64,000 nucleotides of DNA. Source: Candidatus Hadarchaeota archaeon (GTDB lineage Archaea > CAYQAE01 > CAYVLA01). Location: contig CAZUNO010000003.1 in the NCBI GenBank assembly GCA_964621445.1, forward strand, positions 96,001-160,000. The letters run 5' to 3'. The notes beneath the pieces were generated by a model, which ran no database searches, had not been told where the DNA came from, and worked only from the letters and a program-made list of their open reading frames with translations. This document shows positions 57,911 through 64,000 of this stretch, one piece after another; positions within the stretch are counted from its first letter, which is position 1; every line of letters begins with the position of its first letter. The position numbers were made by a program, and so were the translations under genes.

Positions 57911-59299
57911 TTGGACTCTCTAAACTTAGCCATACGTAACCTCAACCGGCGAAAATTGCGGACCGGTTTGATGATAGCCGTGATGGCTATTGTTTGTACT
58001 AACTTCATTCAACAGGTTAACTTCACCATTGGACTTCAGGTTACGGGAGATGTCGAGGAAGCACAGTCGGAGTGGGAAAAGAGATCCTCTCACCTGGCCT
58101 TCTTTGATGCGGAGATATATCCACAGGGCAAGCCCGATGACAAAATCCAGAAGGTGAACCCGCGGGACCTGGCGAAGATTCCAAATGGACTTTATGAAAA
58201 GGCTTTTCTGGCATCCGATGACGTGGATGGGAAGGTGGCGAGGGAAGTTGCGTTGAATTATGTCAAGGTGGAGATAACTCAGCCCGGCGAGTTCGAGACG
58301 GTACGAATTCCTTCGGGCGATCAATATATGGAGGTGCTGGGTGTTGGTTCGCCGTATATATCCATGTTCCTCAACAACACGCCCAGGCTGGAGCTCGCGG
58401 ATTGCCCCTACTGTAATGGTGACGGGTGCGAGAAGTGCGACTTCACAGGAAAGTGGGGAGAGTACCCGCCTCCCAGAGGAGGTGGCCTGGTAATCTCCCA
58501 GTACTACATGAACAGGGAGGACATGAATCTCACCCTGTTTTATGACAGCGAACGGGAGAAATGGGTGGGAACAAATGTAACCGCTTTCTACGATCTGGAG
58601 GGGGCAGGAGTTCAGGGGGAGTACGCCCTGTATAGCCCGGGTTATATGCCTCCTGCTGATGGTGTACAGCTTCAAATCATCGGGGTTCTTAGAACGTTCG
58701 ATCCATCTTTTGGTCTGGTGGCCCTTGACGATGCCTGGACCTTGAAGGGAATGGAGGATGATAGGTTCTCAAGCTTCCTGTACGTGAGGATTCCAAGCGT
58801 TCTTGATTTCGGTGAGGTAAATCAGAAGCTATCGCCTTTCTACCCGCAGTTCAATGTCTTCGTTCTTTATCCCCAGATCAAAAATGTGCAGGCGGTTATT
58901 AACATCCTGCAGTGGGAGTTGCCCACTGTGGCAGGGCTGGTGGCCCTGTTGATCTTCCTGAATATGATGCAGATGTCGGTGTATGAGAGGCTGAAGGAGG
59001 TAGGAACCATGAGGGCCCTGGGTGCGGAGACCACAACCGCCATAATGATCTTCGCCTTTGAAGGTATAGCAATTGGCGGGCTTGGAGGGCTAATTGGGTA
59101 CGCCGCGGCCTCGATAATAAGCCTGGCTACCAAGTTCGGAGGACTGAATCCGGACCTCAACCTGGTTGCCCAGATAGGTCCGGGCAAACTCATAATGGGT
59201 CTAGCTTTTGGCCTGATGATTGCGTTTATCGGGTCGGTATTGCCCGCCTTCTTCGCAATTGCCAAATCACCGGATGACTGCCTGAGAGGGGCTAGGTAA
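57911..59299 (+). CDS. FtsX/MacB-type ABC permease with Cys-rich insert in the extracellular domain
   Basis: AIRNLNRRKLRT, SVYERLKEVGTMRALGA and LPA..A..SP; insert CPYCNGDGCEKCDFTG. Confidence 0.88.
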   Translation: MDSLNLAIRNLNRRKLRTGLMIAVMAIVCTNFIQQVNFTIGLQVTGDVEEAQSEWEKRSSHLAFFDAEIYPQGKPDDKIQKVNPRDLAKIPNGLYEKAFLASDDVDGKVAREVALNYVKVEITQPGEFETVRIPSGDQYMEVLGVGSPYISMFLNNTPRLELADCPYCNGDGCEKCDFTGKWGEYPPPRGGGLVISQYYMNREDMNLTLFYDSEREKWVGTNVTAFYDLEGAGVQGEYALYSPGYMPPADGVQLQIIGVLRTFDPSFGLVALDDAWTLKGMEDDRFSSFLYVRIPSVLDFGEVNQKLSPFYPQFNVFVLYPQIKNVQAVINILQWELPTVAGLVALLIFLNMMQMSVYERLKEVGTMRALGAETTTAIMIFAFEGIAIGGLGGLIGYAAASIISLATKFGGLNPDLNLVAQIGPGKLIMGLAFGLMIAFIGSVLPAFFAIAKSPDDCLRGAR

Positions 59300-59326
59300 A
59301 CGGTTTTTGGGCAGGGCTCCAGCAAT

Positions 59327-59698
59327 CTAGTGTAGCCTGGATTCCTCTTCGACCTTGCGTATGATACCGGGATCAATCCTGCCCTCTTCCAAAGGTCGGT
59401 CTTTTCTCAACAGAAAGGTGGTTACTTTAGCGTTTTCACCGGCTATGATTGCATTTACTACCTCTTTACGGTAATTTTCCCCATAGTAATCGTCGAGAGC
59501 CTGAAGGTATTTTGCTGAGGCCTCGATAACTAAACCCTCGGTTTTAGCCCTCTCCTTGTATTTGATATTGGGTAGACCGCTTGGTGACCGCTTTCTTTCG
59601 TAATCAATAAGGTATGATGGCCTGGATTTCGCATGTATCCTGGTTATCAGAAAAAGGATCTCGTTATCCGCCAGTCGACCATAGACGAAGACCTTCGT
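59327..59698 (-). CDS. Gamma-glutamylcyclotransferase (AIG2/GGCT)-like protein; no canonical start (ACG), absent from ORF track
   Basis: 124-codon frame including the stop: (T/M)KVFVYGRL..SYLIDYERK..GLPNI..TEGLVIE..LQALDDYYGENYRKEVV; AGGAG 8 nt before ACG. Confidence 0.7.
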   Translation of the reverse strand, partial: TKVFVYGRLADNEILFLITRIHAKSRPSYLIDYERKRSPSGLPNIKYKERAKTEGLVIEASAKYLQALDDYYGENYRKEVVNAIIAGENAKVTTFLLRKDRPLEEGRIDPGIIRKVEEESRLH

Positions 59699-59713
59699 AG
59701 CCTCATCTCCTTC

Positions 59714-60208
59714 CTACTCTATCTCGGAATTCCATAGTTGGTCACCGACGTGATGAATATTCTCGGCAACCTTGCCCTTCTCCTCGGGGTCGATATCGAT
59801 GGAATCTACGAGCATCTCGGCGACACATATTGGCTTGTTATGCCTTTCCTCGGTCACCACGCACAACTCACCCTGGCTTAGCTCGTGATCCCATTGAACG
59901 ATGCCCGGTGCCATGACATCGGCACCGTTAATGAGATAGGGAACGGCTCCCGAGTCAACCGTCAGATAGCTGTTGTCGATATCGATGCGGAGGAATCCCT
60001 TAAGGGTTGGAAACATGCCACCTCTGGTGGTGAACACCACAGGTTCGCGGTCGGAAAGAATTAGCTCATGCTCGTCACCAGCGGCATGTTCCAGTGGTTG
60101 ACGGAGAATGGAGTCTATCGCTTCCGGGGAGAGAAAGTTTGATAATTCCTGTCTTACCTTTTCGATCTCCTTTGAGGAAATGGGGTGCCGCCTTCGAATT
60201 CTCATCAA
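59714..60208 (-). CDS. PUA-domain RNA-binding protein (Tma20/MCT-1-like)
   Basis: FPTL, VDSGAVPYLINGADVMAPGI and GKVAENIHHVGD.LW. Confidence 0.9.
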   Translation of the reverse strand: MMRIRRRHPISSKEIEKVRQELSNFLSPEAIDSILRQPLEHAAGDEHELILSDREPVVFTTRGGMFPTLKGFLRIDIDNSYLTVDSGAVPYLINGADVMAPGIVQWDHELSQGELCVVTEERHNKPICVAEMLVDSIDIDPEEKGKVAENIHHVGDQLWNSEIE

Positions 60209-60270
60209 CCTAAACCTCCGCTCGAATAGATTTAAATATCGCTTGAGGGATCAAGCGCTGGGACTTGACC

Positions 60271-60498
60271 ATGGTTCAGAAACCAATGGATATACTTGAT
60301 TCATCACTGGACCAGGTAGTGCTCATAAAGCTTAGGGGTGGCAGAGAGTTCAGGGGCCTCCTCCGCGGCTATGATGTACACATGAATATAATCCTGGACG
60401 AGGCGCAGGAGCTAGACGGACCGGATGCCCTGAACTTCGAGACCGCCATAATTAGGGGCGATAATGTTGTATTCATATCGCCGACCGATAAGAGGTGA
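60271..60498 (+). CDS. Sm-like archaeal protein (SmAP1/Lsm)
   Basis: [20 protein letters not shown] and [12 protein letters not shown]; conserved linkage upstream of L37e. Confidence 0.92.
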   Translation: MVQKPMDILDSSLDQVVLIKLRGGREFRGLLRGYDVHMNIILDEAQELDGPDALNFETAIIRGDNVVFISPTDKR

Positions 60499-60503
60499 TC
60501 AGA

Positions 60504-60671
60504 GTGACAAAGGGAACGACATCTTTTGGCAAGAGGAACAAGGTTACTCACGTTATATGTCGCAGGTGCGGCAATCATTCCTATCACGTAAGGAAGAAGA
60601 GGTGCGCTGCCTGCGGTTTTGGGCAGAGTTCAAAGAGAAGGACCTATAACTGGCATAAGTGGTCAACGTAA
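60504..60671 (+). CDS. rpl37e: 50S ribosomal protein L37e (not in ORF track)
   Basis: GTG after GAGGTGA; [55 protein letters not shown]. Confidence 0.95.
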   Translation: MTKGTTSFGKRNKVTHVICRRCGNHSYHVRKKRCAACGFGQSSKRRTYNWHKWST

Positions 60672-60705
60672 GGGATACGGATAACCGTCCTTGAATCCGA
60701 GAACA

Positions 60706-60713
60706 TTTTAAAG
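60706..60713 (+). promoter_or_regulatory. TATA box of the tRNA gene
   Basis: TTTTAAAG about 25 nt upstream of the tRNA 5' end. Confidence 0.6.
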
Positions 60714-60737
60714 CAAATCCAACTAGTGATCTGCGGT

Positions 60738-60861
60738 GGGCCGGTAGATCAGTCGGTAGATCGTCGTCTTGGCATGGCGTTTAACGCCCCAAGCTGGCGG
60801 AGGCCGCGGGACAGGGTCTGGGTTTCCAGGCCTTGCGCGAATTCAAATCCCGCCCGGTCCA
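60738..60861 (+). tRNA. tRNA-Ala(GGC) with two introns (60775-60794 at 37/38; 60811-60841 at 53/54); CCA not encoded
   Basis: Acceptor stem GGGCCGG/CCGGTCC with G3:U70, anticodon loop TTGGCA^T, T-arm GCGGG^TTCAAATCCCGC; both inserts fold into bulge-helix-bulge motifs. Confidence 0.92.
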
Positions 60862-60997
60862 CTTTCGGGTTAACCCATTTAACCAATTAGGAATATAAAA
60901 TAGGCCTTTTTGGATTTTTTTATGGGGAATATTGCCAATTACGGGGAAATCCGTTTCGATTTACGTGCAAAATGTCTTATTATAGACCCGATGTCAC

Positions 60998-61011
60998 AAA
61001 AACTTTATAAG
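60998..61011 (+). promoter_or_regulatory. BRE/TATA promoter
   Basis: AAAAACTTTATAAG, with the TATA about 24 nt before the start of the structured element at 61034. Confidence 0.65.
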
Positions 61012-61033
61012 CAGGCCCGTCCTTTACAGGAAT

Positions 61034-61129
61034 GGGTCGCCTGAGCGGTAACTCAACCCCCTAAACCCCGAAAAGAAAGAACCCCCTATTTCCCCGAATT
61101 GTGTGTTTCTTTTCTCGCTGAGGCGGCCC
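61034..61129 (+). ncRNA. Putative ~96 nt structured RNA (sRNA or leader) of unknown class
   Basis: Terminal stem GGGTCGCCTgAGCG/CGCTgAGGCGGCCC, inner stem GAAAAGAAA/TTTCTTTTC, upstream TATA at the correct spacing. Confidence 0.55.
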
Positions 61130-61181
61130 CTTTGGGTAAAGACCAATAAGCCTCTAGTATACACCATATTATCGTGGTCGA

Positions 61182-63602
61182 GTGAGGGGTCCGGAAGTCG
61201 GCATATCCAGCCTTGGCGGGGAGTGCATTTCAGTCGCGCTTCTATCCCTGGCCTCGCTTACCCTGGAGATCAGCCTTACCAGGGTTTTATCATTGGTTGC
61301 CTGGTATCATTTCGCGTTTATGGTGGTTAGCATAGCCCTTTTTGGTTATGGGGCTGCTGGAGCTGTTCTTTCCGTGTTCCCTGGGCTCAGGAAGGATGGG
61401 CGGGTCCTCATTGTCTCATCCTGGATATGTTCCATCGCCGTAGTTCTCTGCCTGGTATTCCCGGTGGTATTTCATTTCGACCCCATGCTGGCAGACACCG
61501 AGCCATTCCACCTGGTAATGATAGTTTTACAGTATCTTAGCCTTGGTATTCCCTTCTTTCTCAGCGGAATATGCCTGGCTTCCGTGATATCCAGGCATTC
61601 GGAGAGGTCCAGTATAGTCTACTTCTCAGATCTAACCGGAGCCGGGTTGGGGTGCATAGCCGCTTTGCTGCTGCTTCCACTGGGGGGACCAAAAATCCCC
61701 GTCTTCTTCGCCGCGGTGGCGGCGGCCCTTGCATCCGCCATCTTTTCATATGTCCACGGTGGAAGACGTCTTATTTTCCTGGGATTGGCTACTGGATTGG
61801 CATTGCTATTGGTGGGGGGAGTGGTAGAATACGATCCGGAGATCTCCGAGTACAAGGCCATGAGCGCGGTTTTGCGGCAGCCCGGCGCTGAAAGGGAGTG
61901 GAGTTCATGGAATGAGGTGTCGCGGGTTGACGTGCTGAATAGCAGCATGATAAGGTATGCCCCCGGCATGCCCTTCGAGAAGTACTATCCGATTCCCGAA
62001 CAGCTTGGCCTTACCGTGGATGGGGACAACCTGGAACCGATAACCAGGTTTAGCGGTAATCTTTCCGATCTATCGTTCATGAGGACTTTGCCCTCCTCGG
62101 TTCCTTACCAGATGTCCTCCAGATCCAGAGTCCTGGTAATCCGGTCCGGTGCCGGTTTCGATGTGCTCAAGGCCCTGGTGAATGGGGCCGAAAGAGTTTC
62201 CGGGACCGAGAGGAATCCTGGAATTGTCGAGGTGGTTGGTAAGGAGTTCGAGCGGTTCTCGGGGGATATATACTCCCGTGAGGATGTTGACCTGGCGCGG
62301 AGGGGTGTAAGGTCATATCTAGGCGAGGTTGAGGGCAATTTTGACCTGATGGAGATATCGCTTAAACAGGACCCCGTAACCTCGGCTGTGGGGATGTACA
62401 GCCTCTCCGAGAACTACCTTTTCACCACCGAATCCTTTGGTGAGATGTTTGAGCATCTATCCCCGGAGGGAGTCCTGACCGTTACCAGGTGGCTATCCCC
62501 TCCACCAAGACAGGGGGCCAGGGTGGTGAGCCTAATGGTCGATTGCCTGGAGAGGGAGGGAGTGGATAGAGTTGGAGAGCATATCGCTTGTTTCCGTACA
62601 TATCTAACGATTACTGCGATGATTAAGAAGACGCCTTTCACCGTTGCTGAGATTGATGATCTCAGGAGGATTTGTGAGGAGAGATCGTTTGACCTCGTGT
62701 ATGTGCCAAATATCACCAGATCGGATGTCAATCGTTTCAACCTGTTTGATCGGCCATACTACTTCAACGCGATAAGCAAGATCGTGAACGACACTGAAAG
62801 GGAGAGCTTTCTGTCGGATTATATCTTCGATCTTTCCCCTCCCACGGATGATAGTCCCTTCTTCTTCGATTTTCTAAAGCTGGGTAGACTGGGTGATATC
62901 GCCGGGGCTCTGGGCCCGGCCTGGAATCCCTTCCTGGAGGGAGGCCTCCTGATCCTGGCGGTTTCGGCGCAGTCATTGGTTGCCTCCTTCCTGTTCATAA
63001 TGGGTCCTATTTGGCTATCATCCAAGTTGGGACATGAATTGGAGATGGAGTGGAGGTGGATATCCTACTTCCTCTGTCTGGGCGGGGGCTATATGCTGGT
63101 GGAGGTGTCCTTCTTGCAGAGATTGATACTGTTCCTGGGACAGCCATCACACGCCATGGGGGTGACTCTGTTCTGCATGTTGGTCTTTTCCGGCCTGGGT
63201 AGTCTCTGGAGCGGACGTTTTAGGCCGAGTTCCAGGCTCGTAGGGCTCTGTGTTCTAGGTATCGTGTTTATGGTCCTTGCTCACGTTTTCCTTTTCAGTT
63301 TTCTAATAGGGAATTTCATGGGGCTGGGAATATGGATGAAATCTCTGGTGGCCGTGTCAATACTAGCCCCGGTAGCCTTCCTAATGGGAATTCCCTTTCC
63401 CACGGGATTGAGGGTTCTGGGAAAGAATTCCCCGGATTCAGTTCCCCTGGCCTACGGTTCGAATTCATGTGCCTCGGTTGTGGCCTCGGCTGGTGCCATG
63501 GTTCTGGCCGGGTGGGGTGGGTTTTCCGGTGTTTTGCTGTTGGCTATTGTACTCTATTTGATAGGTTTCCTTTCCCTAAAAGGTGTTGGGAAAAGCGGAT
63601 AA
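61182..63602 (+). CDS. Membrane-embedded spermidine-synthase-like SAM-dependent protein
   Basis: LEISLTRVLS..YHFAFMVVSIALFG.G, YFSDL.GAG.G, W...SRVDV, ENYLFT.E, TDDSPFFF and N/C-terminal TM bundles; start uncertain. Confidence 0.85.
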   Translation: MRGPEVGISSLGGECISVALLSLASLTLEISLTRVLSLVAWYHFAFMVVSIALFGYGAAGAVLSVFPGLRKDGRVLIVSSWICSIAVVLCLVFPVVFHFDPMLADTEPFHLVMIVLQYLSLGIPFFLSGICLASVISRHSERSSIVYFSDLTGAGLGCIAALLLLPLGGPKIPVFFAAVAAALASAIFSYVHGGRRLIFLGLATGLALLLVGGVVEYDPEISEYKAMSAVLRQPGAEREWSSWNEVSRVDVLNSSMIRYAPGMPFEKYYPIPEQLGLTVDGDNLEPITRFSGNLSDLSFMRTLPSSVPYQMSSRSRVLVIRSGAGFDVLKALVNGAERVSGTERNPGIVEVVGKEFERFSGDIYSREDVDLARRGVRSYLGEVEGNFDLMEISLKQDPVTSAVGMYSLSENYLFTTESFGEMFEHLSPEGVLTVTRWLSPPPRQGARVVSLMVDCLEREGVDRVGEHIACFRTYLTITAMIKKTPFTVAEIDDLRRICEERSFDLVYVPNITRSDVNRFNLFDRPYYFNAISKIVNDTERESFLSDYIFDLSPPTDDSPFFFDFLKLGRLGDIAGALGPAWNPFLEGGLLILAVSAQSLVASFLFIMGPIWLSSKLGHELEMEWRWISYFLCLGGGYMLVEVSFLQRLILFLGQPSHAMGVTLFCMLVFSGLGSLWSGRFRPSSRLVGLCVLGIVFMVLAHVFLFSFLIGNFMGLGIWMKSLVAVSILAPVAFLMGIPFPTGLRVLGKNSPDSVPLAYGSNSCASVVASAGAMVLAGWGGFSGVLLLAIVLYLIGFLSLKGVGKSG

Positions 63603-63603
63603 C

Positions 63604-63999
63604 TCACGACTCCTTTATGTGACCGGTCATGGGCACGAAACGAACGTCAATAAGGTGGTGGACCGTCCTCTGGCCATCCTTCCTGGTGACAAGATCCAGA
63701 GTCTGGATGCCATGGGAAGGGCCCACCGGCATTATGAGCCTTCCGCCATCCTTCAGCTGTTGGAAAAGGGGTGCCGGTATGTGGCTTCCGGCACAGGTAA
63801 CGATTATGGCATCGAAGGGGGCGTACTCCTCCCAACCAAAATAACCATCACCGTTCCTAACCTCGACGTTGTCGTAGCCCAGGCGATCCAGGGTCTTTGA
63901 TGCTCTTTCTGCCAGCTCGGGCACTATCTCTATGCTGTAGACCTGTTCGCATATCTCGGCCAGAACAGCCGCCTGATATCCCGAGCCGGTGCCTATCTC
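63604..63999 (-). CDS. pcm: Protein-L-isoaspartate O-methyltransferase, 5' part outside window
   Basis: [44 protein letters not shown] and VRFVPM. Confidence 0.93.
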   Translation of the reverse strand, partial: EIGTGSGYQAAVLAEICEQVYSIEIVPELAERASKTLDRLGYDNVEVRNGDGYFGWEEYAPFDAIIVTCAGSHIPAPLFQQLKDGGRLIMPVGPSHGIQTLDLVTRKDGQRTVHHLIDVRFVPMTGHIKES

Positions 64000-64000
64000 A

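Noticed and set aside
60464-60649. 61-aa ORF in the track after Lsm
   Set aside because: Wrong frame; the real gene is rpl37e at 60504-60671
61050-61072. Resemblance of CCCCCTAAACCCC to a telomerase RNA template
   Set aside because: No reverse transcriptase and no matching tandem repeat tract in the window; a short C-rich match is expected by chance
1-64000. Genome-wide amber (TAG) recoding, prompted by in-frame TAG junctions at 12833, 12947, 17682 and 59714
   Set aside because: Many conserved genes (LLM oxidoreductase, pckA, pyrH, mptG, both DUF362) end at TAG at their natural C-termini, and no conserved gene shows an internal TAG. No pyl genes are in the window.

Overview
Archaeal chromosomal segment, judged from FEN1, archaeal TopA, two Sm/Lsm genes, L37e, RaSEA, TATA promoters and a BHB-intron tRNA. 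It is moderately GC-rich and densely coding, with many GTG/TTG starts. It holds housekeeping genes, catabolic genes (F420-type LLM oxidoreductase, MtaA/UroD-family protein, two sulfatases, a split Na+/solute symporter, M28 peptidase), a large single-chain PurL and a ~16 kb tetrahydromethanopterin/methanofuran/F420 biosynthesis cluster (mptE, DHPS-like, mptG, RimK-like, mfnB/E/F/D, HisA-like, cofC). Five things stand out. (1) In a MacB/LolCDE-type ABC operon, the ATPase and a membrane Zn-finger protein each end in a CDC48 N-domain subdomain-2-like module, while the complementary double-psi-barrel subdomain is a stand-alone gene elsewhere in the window. (2) An AT-rich, strongly C-depleted island with direct repeats and G-strings surrounds an AAA+/winged-helix gene and is a candidate origin or ssDNA-forming locus. 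(3) A promoter-driven, unannotated ~96 nt structured RNA has duplicated C-rich loops. (4) A tRNA-Ala(GGC) carries two BHB introns. (5) Several genes are missing from or truncated in the ORF track: a GGCT-like ORF with an ACG start, two membrane microproteins, L37e and the frameshifted 5' end of a PEPCK fusion. All family calls come from motif recognition by eye; no database searches were run. No CRISPR array, IS element or rRNA was seen.
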